Under the pieces are notes generated by a model. That model saw only the letters and a program-made list of their open reading frames with translations. It had not been told where the DNA came from and ran no database searches. A program made the translations under genes and the position numbers. Of a stretch of 64,000 nucleotides of DNA, positions 32,501 through 42,356 are shown one piece after another; the first letter of the stretch is position 1; each line of letters starts with the position of its first letter. Source of the stretch: Rhynchopus sp. YZ270_cl-10 (taxonomy: Eukaryota). The stretch is taken from assembly GCA_964035575.1 (NCBI GenBank), contig OZ037835.1, positions 744,001 to 808,000 on the forward strand. Reading direction: 5' to 3'.

Positions 32501-35500
32501 TGCATTTGTTGTAACGTTGACCTCAAATGGAAGGGTACGGTTTGTTATCAGATTGACCGGAACGGTGATATCACTGCAGCTCAGCTGAACCACATCCTGG
32601 CGGAATGTGAGAAGCGCCACTCCATGTCGCGAACCGTTCCGCATACTGTAGGGCTCAGGTCCTGCGCCTTCGGAAGAGTGGAAGGTGAAGACACACCGGT
32701 TGCATGGAACGTTAGGGTGCATCGTCCACGAGGCTGACAACACCCCACTACCATCCACCTTCAGGGGATGCCTGCAGGCAACCCCATCATTGTTCATGCA
32801 AGCAGGGTGCATCATCCGTATATTGGTCGGCGCGGGGTCTGACACCAACACAAAAATCTCCCCAACATGAAATTCATCCGCAACAAAAAGCGCCTTTTGT
32901 GTAAACGGCGACACCAACGAAGACCCTGGGATAACAGACACCATTATACCTTCTGTCACAGTCGCAGAAGAACTGCTGGTTGAGACCTTCAATGTACTGG
33001 CACGCACCCGAATTGGGGTTCTTATACGGAAGATGTGGGTGTACGGTTGGGCAGCATTGGTATAGCTGAACACCACGGAACAACCTCTATTTTGAGAAAA
33101 TCTGGAGCATTCATGGTCAAGAATGTACACTCCAAACACAATGCGTGTGGTCGCAGCAAAGATACGATGTCCTTTATATGAGGCAGGTGGTCTCCCGCTC
33201 AGCACCTCCGCTTCGTTGAGGACCATACTGCGCGAGCCTTCGATTGAGACGTTCAATTCGCGTCCATACAAATTGCTGCCAAAGCGAAAAACCTCTCCTA
33301 ACACATCAACCGCATCGACCATGGCAATATACGTCGCGAACCCTTCCAGATACATCCCCACCCCCGCATGACCAGAGACATTCAATTCGAACGGAGGTGG
33401 CGTGACACGATCGGGGACAACCATTGGCATTATCGACACACCCGAAATCTTCACCCAAGGTACTTCTACTGCGATGGAGACACGAAGCGCGGAGGCCGCA
33501 ATCCCTGCAGATCCGCTGGTGTTAAACCATAAATCAAAAGAAACCGGGATCTGGCTTATTGGGGTGAAGGTGAATGGATATACCCCACCTCTCCGCCATG
33601 ACGCAACCACGGGGAAGATCTTTCCAGTCACCTCCGCAGCGAAGGAAGTGCGAGCAAACGAAAACCCTGGCGGTGCGATGGCGATGCCCCCTTCTGGTGC
33701 ATACGTATCGCACTGAAGCGACACCGTGCACAGCACACCGCTGGTACACCTTAGATACGCAACCTCCGGTGGGGTCACCGGAGGCAACCCATTTCGCATC
33801 ATTTCAATCGTTCTTGGATACTGCGGAACGACATTCACCCATTGTGGTGCGGAGCTGAAAACCTGCCCTGATGCTGCCGTCGCTACAAAACGGAGACCAC
33901 ACCCAAACACATTCGCAGGACACGCCGAAGCATATTTCAAAAGAAACACAACACGCCCTGACCCCGCAGACTGAATCAACCCATTTTCATCCCACCCATA
34001 ACGCACTGCAGCCGCTCCACTACAACCCCCTTCATTAACCAAAGCAAACGGCTGAGGATTCGACAATGCTCCCAACGCTGATACACACGACACCCCTTTG
34101 AACACATCAGTCTCAGTACACCGTAGCACCTCAATGGTGTATGCCCCAAAGACAATGGGTGTACCATCCGCTGCGGCTACCTGGACGTCATATTGTACGA
34201 TTGGGTTGAGAGGGTCGAGAAACGGTGTGCGCGATGTTGTTCCATTCACGGTCAGATCGGTCAGAGGGACGGAGCCGTACAACGCTTCGGTGGTGTCTCT
34301 CACCTCCATGAATCGCAGTGTGTTGTCAAACACCAAATTCGATGCCACCAAAAGCTTCGCAGGCTCGACCATGCTGTCCCTCCAGAATGCCGTACCGCCT
34401 CCGTTCTGCGGCTCTCCTCGGTTGTACAGTTGGTACACCAACCCCTTTTTGCTGATTCCGTTCAACGACTCCGCAGCTTTGTAGACGCACACCTTGTATT
34501 GTCCGGACGGTGAAACCTCCGTTGGAGGCAACGCAAAGGTCGACCCCACTACCGGTCCTGTAGTCGCATTCGACGTACCTGAGAGGGCAAACCACTCCGG
34601 AGGACCGACCATACTCCCAGAGGAGACGTCTGTCGGGAGGGGGCACACCTGGGTGGCATTCGTGATGGTAAGAAAGTCGGACCGGAAGCCTGCTGCATTG
34701 TTCTGCACGGCACAATCCACGGTACGCCCGCCGCACCAACTCGCCGAAGTTTCACTACGAACCTGATAAGTATCAAGTAAATGCATATTCAGCGAAGACC
34801 CCACCATCATATCCAAAAACGTTGGGTGAGAATGCAACCATGTATCCCCATCAACGCTTGGAATCTGCAACCATGGGTTCGGCACTCTAAGATTCGAATG
34901 CACCACTTTATAACAAACCAGATAACTCCCGGTACGAACTGGAATGTGAAAAAAGGCGGGAACTGTGGTACCCTCCTTCCTCAAAAACGGAATGTGCGGG
35001 CAGAAGGCAGAGTCCGTCGCCCCGCCTCCACTGGACGAAGAAGAACAGGGTACGTCCGTAGTGTCGGTCTCTGGATCGGGTGGAAGCATGCAGTTGCTTG
35101 GAGCCCCTTTCCACGCGGAAGTATTCCCCCAGCCTTTTATTGTTGGGTCTGGGAGACGCGCTTCAGGAAGCTTTGCAAGAACGAACTTAAATTTGTTTTC
35201 CCTACCTACCCCCGCATCCGCTATCTTCTCATACGTATTAAACCAAAACCCTGGCCCCTTTTGGATATCAATTCCTGTTGCGCTCTTTGCATTTACTATG
35301 TACTCTGTTGAAACCCCACCAAGCGCGACTGCCTTCGCATTTTGCAGTAAATTCACCTTCGGCCTTAACGCCTCCACTACGGAGTACGAATCCACCAAAC
35401 CAGGCTGCGTCACAAACCCTGCTCCACCCCTCCCCAAGACCCGATGCTGCTCGAAAATCCCTTCTGCCTGCATCACTTCCACCCACACCTTCCCCTTCTG

Positions 35501-38500
35501 TGCCAACGTTGGATGAACCACAAACGACGTTAACAAGCACACCTTATATTCCATAGCGACATCACCACGTGCAGGAGGCAGCGTCGTCTGCATTTCTGCC
35601 ACAAAGCTAGGCCCATCTTTTGGTCCAAGATTTGAAATGCCTTGAGGAAGGTTGTGGGAAGGGTCGAGACCAATGTGAGTAGAGTTGCCCCATTGTGTTA
35701 ATGCCTCTCGGCCGTCGTGACAGGAGGATCCGATGTGGACGATCTTCGCGGCATCCTCTCCTGGCGAGGTGGAGAAGGTTTCGGTACTCTGCGAAGCGCG
35801 GCACACCCCGCCAGAGGTTTTGCACCTCACAAAATGCACCACTGTTACACCACGATTCGTCGGCTGCGATCCGGGTAGTACATACCATCTTACCCCATTT
35901 TCAACAACGTTGATTCTCATATAATCGGTCCACCATGACATACTGTCGTCTTCAGTCTGACGGATTTGGACGCAAAGGTAATATGGTCCGGCCCGGTGGG
36001 GTAGTGTGAGGTAAAATTGGAGCCTCCCTTTTGCTGCGTTTATGATATTGTAGTGTGTCGTTGCGGAAGAAAAGATGCCGCCCTCGGTGCTGGCTGCGGG
36101 GGAGATGCAGGTTGAGTCAGCGGTCAGCTTTGCGTAGAAGAGAAATGCTGATTGGTTGTTTTCGTCCATTTTGAGAGGTTCGTCTAATGTAATCTCAAAG
36201 GGACGGAGCTCTCCAGCAAGAAGCCTGCGGTGTGCATGAACCCACCGGTTTGACAGCGAAACCGCCGAGCCTTTCATCGACCAGGTTTCATTGAAAACCA
36301 CCCAATTTGGATTCCAGAACTGCGTGCTGCCTTGTTTATAACACACCTTATAGTGTTGGGCGCTGTGTAAAGGGTGGCTTTGTAGTCCGAAGTCATGAGG
36401 GTATTGTATAACCGCGGCAACAGTCGTAAGAGAGTCGAGCGTAGTGTTTCCTGGTATAAGATCGTCGAAGAGGTCTGGGGTGTTTGCGGTCATGGCGGTG
36501 AGAGCAGGGTTAGAGGGGGTGCATGGTGAGCCGCCGCAAAATGAAATGGTAGTGTCAACCGTCGCGCAGGCTCGAGAGTCGGAGGGGTTGTACAACAGCC
36601 CAGACTGTTCCGGACGCCCCGCACCACTGACATTACAGATTAATTTGAGGTGCGTATCCATAAGTCTCATAGCCTTTGACGAATTCGGCGTTTTCCAATG
36701 AATTCCACACTCAGCCTCAACAGGGACTACATGAAGGCGGTCCCCTGAGATCAACCCCGATTCAGACCATGGAGCTATCGAAAGGGATCTGCTGGTATCA
36801 CTGATGATAAGAAGCGCGGTGGTCCCCAAACGGTTTCCTTGGCGTGTTAGGGAGAGTGTTGGGGGGTCTGAAGGGGAGAAGGAGATTTCCCCGTTTTCTG
36901 ACGGAATGGAAACCCAGTTGTGGAAGCCGGTTTTGAAGCAGATTTTGTAGTCTCCTTGGGGAGGGACGGTGAGGTAGAAAGCGATATCGTTGCGACTGGA
37001 GACAGCGTTCGCTCCGAGACAGTCGAATCGTGAGGTGTGAAGAGCGGATGGCCCATTGCATTCTATAGATCCGCCTTTGTAGCTGGTGATCGGAAGCTTA
37101 CTGCAAGGCTCGCGGAGAGATACAACGTTCAACGCACTTCCGACTAACCCTTGTAATGCTTCCAGCGAGGTTCCGTTCCATCTCCAATGACTCAGATTTG
37201 TTCCAACATTTGGATGAACTTTTTGCAATAAAATCGGCCCCCAGGTTCCGGCTCTGGTGTCGTTCATGGTCCAGGTTAATAGAGGTTGTGGTACGATAGG
37301 TGACACAGCGCTTACATTATTCGGCTGAAGCGCGTGAGAGTGCTTATTATAGTACCACCCAGGCTCGAAACTCTTCCATCTGGTTGGAAGCCAAGCATTT
37401 CTCTCCGCCGTTCCCAACAGATACGGTACTACACGCAGACCCGAATGCATTTTACACCCTGCTCCCGAATAGGTGCAGGACCTCCTATAGCATACATACC
37501 ACGTGGTGTTTGCCTCTGGAAGGTATAAAGCTGACATGGTAAGGTTCTGACCGACCGCATCGTCGCTCGCATTCGCAAACGTTGCATCTCCCGTTAAATC
37601 GTATGACCCTATTGGGAAGGGAACGCCATCTTCGACAAACCCTCCTTGAATTGTATAAGACGTAGCGCGAAGAGCTTTGGACCAACAGCCTATGGAGGGG
37701 GTAGAGCCTATCGTTGTGGTACCGAAGGCATCGGTGCGGCCAGAGGTGCTTTGTTCTGTGAACGATGAGGAGGCGACGATGCGGAAGTAATCGCCCCCTT
37801 GGGGACTCCAATAGTCAGATTCTCGCGACGCAGGAAAACTGTTCAGCATGTTGTCGGAGTCAGAGAGCAGGATGTTCCCCCATGAGTTTGGCAGCATATC
37901 AAGCATTGTCCACGACATTGTTTCTGTTGTCACCGCAAAGCTTCGCATCATCGCATTCAAAGCGCAGGCATCAGGTGATGTGCATCGACGGAGCTTTTTC
38001 CATAATGGTACAGCTTTTCCACCAGAAGTTCTGTTCAACACATCGCGTTCTACCCTAGAGGAGTAACATATATCGTAGCTTCCAGCTGTCTGCGGGAGTC
38101 GTACGTAGACGTACGCTTCGGACCCATTGTAGGACCCCCAGCTTGACCATTGGTCCACCAAAGGGTTCGACTGTTGAGTACCAAACACACCCACTCCCCC
38201 AGGGGTTGCACCCTCCGACAGCCCATATACCCCGGAGTCAGCCCACACCCCATCGGAGTCGAGGGTGTTGCTGCCGTGGTATATATTGTAGGTTTGGCGT
38301 TCTGGTGTGCACGGTTTGCCTTGTGGAACGATTTTGAGGTTGTCCCCAAATTTGCAGAATTTCGCATCCACCGCGCATGAGGAAGGTGAATATGTAAAGT
38401 TTGCGTTTACTGCAAGCAGTTGTAGGATTGCGTACTGCCCTTCTGTAGCCTCGGGGAGGTAATACCACATCGAAGGGGACGACGCTGAGAACACAAAGTC

Positions 38501-39592
38501 GCCCGAGGTTGTCGTCAACACTGTCCACCCCTCTTTGATGTTCACCTGCTCCTCAGCGCCGTAGAGGGCACGGTCCACGGAGGTGTAGTTGAAGCATAGG
38601 ATGAACGTTCCTTCAGGTGCAACGAAGGTGGCGTGCGCAACATTCACTGCATCGTGTGGGTCGCCTGAGGGCACTCCAAAAGAACTGCGTTCGTCGATAG
38701 CAACGGCAGAAGTATTGTACTTAGAGCAGTTAGCCCCATAGGAAGCAACGTGGCGGTACATCCGGAGATAGAATTTATCGATTGCGGTCACATTGAAGGT
38801 CGCACCAAACTGCTCTTGAGGTTGGACGAACACCCGAAATTCTTGCCCTTCCGTAAGCACCCCGGGTGCAACCTCTACAGAGAAATTGCTGAAAACCTGA
38901 AAACTCCCGGTCAATGATGTTGTGATCGACGGAGTCTTCGAGAATGTTTTCGACAATGAGGTGCTCATCGAAACTGTCTTTGACATAGTAGGCGTCCCAG
39001 ACTCTGTCAACGACCCGGAAAATGATCGGGTCGCAGAAGGCAGAGTAACAGACCATTCTGTTGGTGACACTGTACGACTCCGTGAAAACGAGAGAGAACG
39101 TGAAAACGTACCGCTCGCAGACGGAAGGGACAATGAAAACGACAGAGACCTGGAGGAAGTCATGGTGATGCTCCTAGAAAACGACGTTGACAACGAGCTG
39201 CTCTGCGTGCCGCTCGGCAATGACACACTCATCGACGCTGAGGTGCTCCTACTTATCGTTACCGAACGAGAAACACTCGGTGATTTTGTTTTCGTATATG
39301 ACGGTGACCTGCTTAAAGTGCCTGAGGTACTGTGTGACGCAGTGCTGGTCATGGTGTTGGATGATGACATTGTCTTGCTCGCACTATGCGTCGCAGAACC
39401 CGACAGCGACCCTGTCGGGAGGGACAGCGACAGTGATGACGATGACGATGATGACAACGATGCCGTCCCCGAGGCGCTTCGAGTTAATGTAAACGACGCT
39501 GTTTTTGTATCAGCTGCGCACACCAAAGCGATCGAAGCAGCGGCCATCACAATCCATCGCCCAACAGGAGGACCTCCACCACCACCCCACAT
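26573..39592 (-). CDS. Giant predicted cell-surface protein (4339 aa)
   Basis: N-terminal hydrophobic signal-like segment; ~200-aa Ser/Thr-rich tract; repeated Y-x-[VIL]-C-[YFVL] motifs; C-terminal Pro/Thr-rich stalk and terminal hydrophobic segment; 13-kb uninterrupted ORF. Confidence 0.85.
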   Translation of the reverse strand: MWGGGGGPPVGRWIVMAAASIALVCAADTKTASFTLTRSASGTASLSSSSSSSLSLSLPTGSLSGSATHSASKTMSSSNTMTSTASHSTSGTLSRSPSYTKTKSPSVSRSVTISRSTSASMSVSLPSGTQSSSLSTSFSRSITMTSSRSLSFSLSLPSASGTFSRSLSFSRSRTVSPTEWSVTLPSATRSFSGSLTESGTPTMSKTVSMSTSLSKTFSKTPSITTSLTGSFQVFSNFSVEVAPGVLTEGQEFRVFVQPQEQFGATFNVTAIDKFYLRMYRHVASYGANCSKYNTSAVAIDERSSFGVPSGDPHDAVNVAHATFVAPEGTFILCFNYTSVDRALYGAEEQVNIKEGWTVLTTTSGDFVFSASSPSMWYYLPEATEGQYAILQLLAVNANFTYSPSSCAVDAKFCKFGDNLKIVPQGKPCTPERQTYNIYHGSNTLDSDGVWADSGVYGLSEGATPGGVGVFGTQQSNPLVDQWSSWGSYNGSEAYVYVRLPQTAGSYDICYSSRVERDVLNRTSGGKAVPLWKKLRRCTSPDACALNAMMRSFAVTTETMSWTMLDMLPNSWGNILLSDSDNMLNSFPASRESDYWSPQGGDYFRIVASSSFTEQSTSGRTDAFGTTTIGSTPSIGCWSKALRATSYTIQGGFVEDGVPFPIGSYDLTGDATFANASDDAVGQNLTMSALYLPEANTTWYVCYRRSCTYSGAGCKMHSGLRVVPYLLGTAERNAWLPTRWKSFEPGWYYNKHSHALQPNNVSAVSPIVPQPLLTWTMNDTRAGTWGPILLQKVHPNVGTNLSHWRWNGTSLEALQGLVGSALNVVSLREPCSKLPITSYKGGSIECNGPSALHTSRFDCLGANAVSSRNDIAFYLTVPPQGDYKICFKTGFHNWVSIPSENGEISFSPSDPPTLSLTRQGNRLGTTALLIISDTSRSLSIAPWSESGLISGDRLHVVPVEAECGIHWKTPNSSKAMRLMDTHLKLICNVSGAGRPEQSGLLYNPSDSRACATVDTTISFCGGSPCTPSNPALTAMTANTPDLFDDLIPGNTTLDSLTTVAAVIQYPHDFGLQSHPLHSAQHYKVCYKQGSTQFWNPNWVVFNETWSMKGSAVSLSNRWVHAHRRLLAGELRPFEITLDEPLKMDENNQSAFLFYAKLTADSTCISPAASTEGGIFSSATTHYNIINAAKGRLQFYLTLPHRAGPYYLCVQIRQTEDDSMSWWTDYMRINVVENGVRWYVLPGSQPTNRGVTVVHFVRCKTSGGVCRASQSTETFSTSPGEDAAKIVHIGSSCHDGREALTQWGNSTHIGLDPSHNLPQGISNLGPKDGPSFVAEMQTTLPPARGDVAMEYKVCLLTSFVVHPTLAQKGKVWVEVMQAEGIFEQHRVLGRGGAGFVTQPGLVDSYSVVEALRPKVNLLQNAKAVALGGVSTEYIVNAKSATGIDIQKGPGFWFNTYEKIADAGVGRENKFKFVLAKLPEARLPDPTIKGWGNTSAWKGAPSNCMLPPDPETDTTDVPCSSSSSGGGATDSAFCPHIPFLRKEGTTVPAFFHIPVRTGSYLVCYKVVHSNLRVPNPWLQIPSVDGDTWLHSHPTFLDMMVGSSLNMHLLDTYQVRSETSASWCGGRTVDCAVQNNAAGFRSDFLTITNATQVCPLPTDVSSGSMVGPPEWFALSGTSNATTGPVVGSTFALPPTEVSPSGQYKVCVYKAAESLNGISKKGLVYQLYNRGEPQNGGGTAFWRDSMVEPAKLLVASNLVFDNTLRFMEVRDTTEALYGSVPLTDLTVNGTTSRTPFLDPLNPIVQYDVQVAAADGTPIVFGAYTIEVLRCTETDVFKGVSCVSALGALSNPQPFALVNEGGCSGAAAVRYGWDENGLIQSAGSGRVVFLLKYASACPANVFGCGLRFVATAASGQVFSSAPQWVNVVPQYPRTIEMMRNGLPPVTPPEVAYLRCTSGVLCTVSLQCDTYAPEGGIAIAPPGFSFARTSFAAEVTGKIFPVVASWRRGGVYPFTFTPISQIPVSFDLWFNTSGSAGIAASALRVSIAVEVPWVKISGVSIMPMVVPDRVTPPPFELNVSGHAGVGMYLEGFATYIAMVDAVDVLGEVFRFGSNLYGRELNVSIEGSRSMVLNEAEVLSGRPPASYKGHRIFAATTRIVFGVYILDHECSRFSQNRGCSVVFSYTNAAQPYTHIFRIRTPIRVRASTLKVSTSSSSATVTEGIMVSVIPGSSLVSPFTQKALFVADEFHVGEIFVLVSDPAPTNIRMMHPACMNNDGVACRHPLKVDGSGVLSASWTMHPNVPCNRCVFTFHSSEGAGPEPYSMRNGSRHGVALLTFRQDVVQLSCSDITVPVNLITNRTLPFEVNVTTNAKYPQWWVTVNASFAMPMVQGQMKQGVAKFKNLEIYDGNLEAVIGTHQILFEAIGFEYRSGVDSAVGSVVSAVVPHRCISTVKAEPYTTAPNRKVEILSVSGATPFCTSPPCTKFIADSASLSISVTLQFLHESPFGTSLDTTPRNVTLSTGNASVPTTWRYLSAITTWRADVSLQSYSKEFVRDGYTYSFGNLQATIGREKAVADINAVAGRGVATIRLSYEDAAVQEPTRDARFQFCETVFQNGREVLLPAMCTPLIRLWVRSTVQPLSVAFITLPPTTTINRGTPLCGSGDQSVFELAAYYSVGAASQKRFLVYDTEVLYTLSAEGLVLLNDSAGWVTMLQTSSQNNNVSSSLYSHIGRFAFYAKNLVVNVTMKGTAVAVSHGPFIATTGSARQYTWKDRPEVYATWEVNDRVSEDEVCHPHRAMRQASRSAPGYRMMLRGIPAESWSYRERATIALPFPIQTTVYNSERRRASSFTDVLVKVSKHSWHGCNDGGVLQVSSLAPHTFSTSRLENGWVPSPDNTVRSTAGVAIPWVTLSSECEACVLQLELCYAGKDGGTCMEGLHNGSGDASDELVFTERTKLTKPFSVTRQTLDVVEIRSQVVPQGATYIGEMFELRVSSAQLQANRWTFDATIGSGWATELWVRSKSLSSDGPNRYGRGAFMNSGAGQAVGCTASAGVTQVQYDGARSRASVRIGADGRVTFFFVRSCAHCEVWVDYKLTPPAHEVAMRASSGSFALRSFDPLLDTTTPLSFAVRSCSVGTVIANVPLVSVPRRKHFSLTSLRVDQFGTPTWQGSAAVPFQGSPALKITSTPFHTAPERNGSSTICGVFSRACYFCPLTFADKTTHITVLTNATQVVALPLRDVATQMYRNGTPRSWSYDVYAADELGDKAYSTGGPTAGAMRHVYNPRPTVYQAETLTVVAHSLQAPSARMDDVVHQLGSLSYGSAAGVLANVSVFNGAAVDTVRITLTQPATHLALHFSITNAPNAQSVFGVAGPGVVHHSLTAIRMAIDRPADSAPGCRSAGMALGDAPCTFKTYAVGCSLGGSCVNWVVSHVSGRSSATVSCEAGCLAEVSSGADYVDGVAKFVLRLKSVTSSSPCTCTATVAPPAALRDAVAQNLTVTYTPTVLSVWRWENSTTLKVAGTGLAEHNAQSVANRTVQLRLKAWDGTLRYSGLGVAWTNAFVTMSATLFAPLGCFTCSGSNATCAVRKVSATGDIVEITGLFPQTGLCVVKAGALSGFATSTADTTTDMRSTLNIHVTVPSGMQIFGSNDTPFSRLFAHTLSGSPAAIAGIGSALSFEVIDTTGVRIVGDSHMVFTLSGRRGVGGAVVTSVVTATEGVAVFHITSNHTTRICSNGTTSCTHTPWVFNVTAHSVIGSLGARTTEPMGSVKGIGPLFFVRRATRIEAFAKIAPPCVNTTTHRWASVLPQCAQGGVGHNTVEGLRAAGWVTLRPGDNAAWGLGKTVDVRYVAVGVDGDVVSHPEDGDGAEIEVRGLHGIPCGRLCSGGDMCATTPRMELKSCPETWLPLSAGQAHDVLAVAHYRQRFSVVANLPKWDVTSDSFAASQRVFLFELLGDQVVYLRPPSGWSCNQYTCIYDSFIEPDTAFEVMLAARTVEGRLVHSYDGFLSVSGRCLHPFTTAYLSYNNSNSGRQSYVNIPAYPMRQGRGVMGPFQVSSACAMMRITVRNTTANPPIRSFLDFPVKGPAGYTPPIAQPRVITLPSLSLARFSDVATAISFMRTITRGSTEAALLRTLQEKNPVVSKVILTWVCIKLGGGDITAADKARNDICTDMLAATPTPTMATPQPCSNCTQNSTTTVAVRDVFVMSTGFELMTEFEIEAAVDVDPAAFAVEVAATIVADLQSPSGVLKGWEGSPFAQAVILVPAATGSPPTPAPPTAAPALPPTPVPILTPAPPTTLAPTAVPTNGPVTRGTRSPLSWIEETILLGEGGVVLGVRWAVSVVLVLVSVVL

Positions 39593-40672
39593 GGCTCAGA
39601 TTATGGGGCCTATTGTGGGTTTTTTTTGTGTTATTCAGCCCTGAGATGGGTGGGGGAAAGGAATATGTAGGGAAGAAAAGTTTATTTGAAAAGATTGAAG
39701 CAGAAATTTCATTTCTGGTATTTTTTCAGGCATCAATCATGGTCCATGTCACCAAAAAAAGGGGAGGGGAGAGGGGGGCTTAAAGGTGTGGGGTGAGTAC
39801 TAGAATGGACAAAAAGGAGGGGGAATCTTTTTTAGTAAATTTTTAGGTTTAAAATAAAGAGGGTAAATAGGTGAAAGGGTGAGAACACCTTGTCACACAG
39901 AGAGCGTCAGTCTGTGATCACCAACACCCCCGACTTTTAAAAATAAGGGAGTTAGTTCACAAACGAAGAAAGTTATTTCTCTTTATACATTCTTCTCTAA
40001 ACGAAAAGAAGGCAAAGAGGGTGCGAAAAATGTACCCTTGCTTTTTTGAAGACCACAAGACTCACAAATAAAGAAAATCTCGCAAACACTCAAAATATTT
40101 TTAGGGCCATTTTTCCATTCTTCCACTGATCCACCATGCTACCTTCTGACGTTGCATCGTGTCAAACCATTGCCATAGTGTCTACCTCATGATAGAGGGA
40201 GTAGCTCCACTCAACGCTTGCCTTTGTCGGTAAATAGGTACACCTCAATAGGCAGGTCAACCTTAGGAGCTTTTATGAAAACAAAAAGCACTTTCCCCCC
40301 CTTCGGGCATGCTGACGGTATGAAGTAATTGACTTGACGTGGTGGTTTTTAGTTGTGGTTCTTTTTTTTTTTTCGACGGCCAAAGATCGGATTGTTGCAG
40401 AGTTACCAGGACACCGTGGCAGGCAGAATGGAGTTCGAAACGTATCTATCAAACCCGCTGGAAGCATTTCATGGCCTAGGAATAAGTTGAAACGGCCAGA
40501 GTCTGTCAGGGAAGAACATCGTCGTTCTTTATTTCACAAAATATCTCCGCGATGTATCTTCCATGTGGAGTTATTATTTCGATGATCAACAAGTTTTTGG
40601 AGCTGCTCACTGGGGAGGAAACTTCAAGAATACCCGCGCATCACGGCCCTGCTAAAGGCCTTCGGAAAGGAG

Positions 40673-40864
40673 GTGCCTAAGCAAGCGCGAACCCACGTAG
40701 GTGAAGTGGAGCAGTTTCCCGCAGGAGAGAACGAAGACCTTTGTTGGGTATTGAGACGCGCTGTGCTGTTGCCGTGTCATATCTCGGTGGGGCTGAGGGC
40801 TGCAGAGTGCATTCATCTGACGGTGGGCGACTTTGTGACTACTCCTGAGGAGGTGTCGTTGTGA
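40673..40864 (+). pseudogene. Possible tyrosine recombinase relic
   Basis: LRRAVLLPCHISVGLRAAECIHLTVGDF resembles the YR box I consensus (R..A.L......GLR.SE...L...D); truncated by a stop codon. Confidence 0.4.
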
Positions 40865-41234
40865 CGGCTCGGCGTAAGTAACTCTGGCATCCCCTCCCCG
40901 CGTGAAATCATGCACTTTATTTAATCGAATCAATAGTTATTATTATTTTGTGCCTGGGTGTCAAGGCACCCAGAAAACGAACTCAACCACGGGGGGATGC
41001 GGCCAATGAAAATCACTTTGGAAGAAAAGTTCGAGCATGTAGGTCTTATTATATGAAGTTTATAAGATGAACCTAAGCCTCTCGTGTTTAGTCACCTTAT
41101 CTATTATGTTGTGGCGTTGTAAGCCGGCGGTGTAACCATAAATCAAAGCTATTTTTCATTGTTGTGTTTTCATTTCACATCACCCCACACCACCACCACC
41201 ACCCCCGCTGCTTTTACCCCCCTCTACACTCCAT

Positions 41235-42356
41235 TTAGCTCTTTGGTACCACTATACTACGGTCTTCTTTGCTCAGATTCAAGAAGACACGCGGCTTGTC
41301 TTGCTGGCAGTCTGTCAGCGTTTTGTGGCATCCTAAGTACGCCTCTGGCACGCCCCGCCAACGCGCGAGGTACACATGCTCTTCACAGAGCGGGGCACGT
41401 GTTGCCATACGTTGCGCACGTGGCCCGCAGAGCACATTACCAAGCACGTCTAGTTCAGCGTCACGCAGATAGGCAGTGTAGTGCAGCCCATCTGTGGTCA
41501 GATTTGGCGCACCACGGCTGATCATATGCGTTTCAACCGTTTGAGTTCCGGTGCAGGCACCTGCTAGTTGATTGGCTTCGCGATATGCCTGCACCTTGTC
41601 TGGGTGATTGCAGTAGAAGCAATATGTTTTCGGCCCAAGCTTGTAATCCCGCTTCTTACGTCCTTGCGGTCGGCAGCGTTCGCGGTGGATCCATGGGATG
41701 TTGAAGAGTAGGACCTCTGCGCCAGGCTTTGCGATGGCCCTGAGGTGTTCGATGTGTTCCTTCAGCTTCGCGTAGAAGATTTCGACGCCGCAGGACTGCA
41801 GGCCCATCTCCCAGGCCCCGTGGTTGATGAGAATCGTGTCCGCGTGGAGGAGTGCGTGCTGTGCATCGGTTGTGTTGAACATCGAGCGGGTCCGTTTCTC
41901 TTCTGGGTGTGTTGTCACCATTTGATGTAAAATGAAGCTGACGTTGCTACTCCCTGCATCCCAGACACGCGACATCAGCTCGTCTACATGCCCGGTAACA
42001 TAGTTCACCCTTTCAATGGGAATGCGTGGGAGGCCTAGCCGTACTGCAAGACTGTCCACCACACCCCCAAGCTGTGAGTCGCCAAACGCAGCTATGTTGC
42101 GCCCAGCGAGACACCGCCGCCACATCGCGTCTGAGTACTCCTGCAAAGGGCAGGTACCCCCTATCCAGCGTGCCCGGTCTGCACCGTGCTCCAGATGCCC
42201 ACCTTGCAACAGCTGTGCGGTGCTTCTACACCGGGCAGGGTCCAATGTCTCGTCGGGCCTTTCTATAGGGGTGCTCTGTGAAGGTCGTGTCGACCATGCG
42301 GCATATGAACACAACAACGTGCCCATGGCAACGAAGTGGCGTGCTCCGAGAACCAT
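41235..42356 (-). CDS. SGNH/PC-esterase (TBL/CAS1-like) acyltransferase or esterase, membrane-anchored (373 aa)
   Basis: N-terminal hydrophobic anchor; CLAGRNIAAFGDS (GDS motif); ILINHGAWE; DGLH (DxxH motif). Confidence 0.78.
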   Translation of the reverse strand: MVLGARHFVAMGTLLCSYAAWSTRPSQSTPIERPDETLDPARCRSTAQLLQGGHLEHGADRARWIGGTCPLQEYSDAMWRRCLAGRNIAAFGDSQLGGVVDSLAVRLGLPRIPIERVNYVTGHVDELMSRVWDAGSSNVSFILHQMVTTHPEEKRTRSMFNTTDAQHALLHADTILINHGAWEMGLQSCGVEIFYAKLKEHIEHLRAIAKPGAEVLLFNIPWIHRERCRPQGRKKRDYKLGPKTYCFYCNHPDKVQAYREANQLAGACTGTQTVETHMISRGAPNLTTDGLHYTAYLRDAELDVLGNVLCGPRAQRMATRAPLCEEHVYLARWRGVPEAYLGCHKTLTDCQQDKPRVFLNLSKEDRSIVVPKS

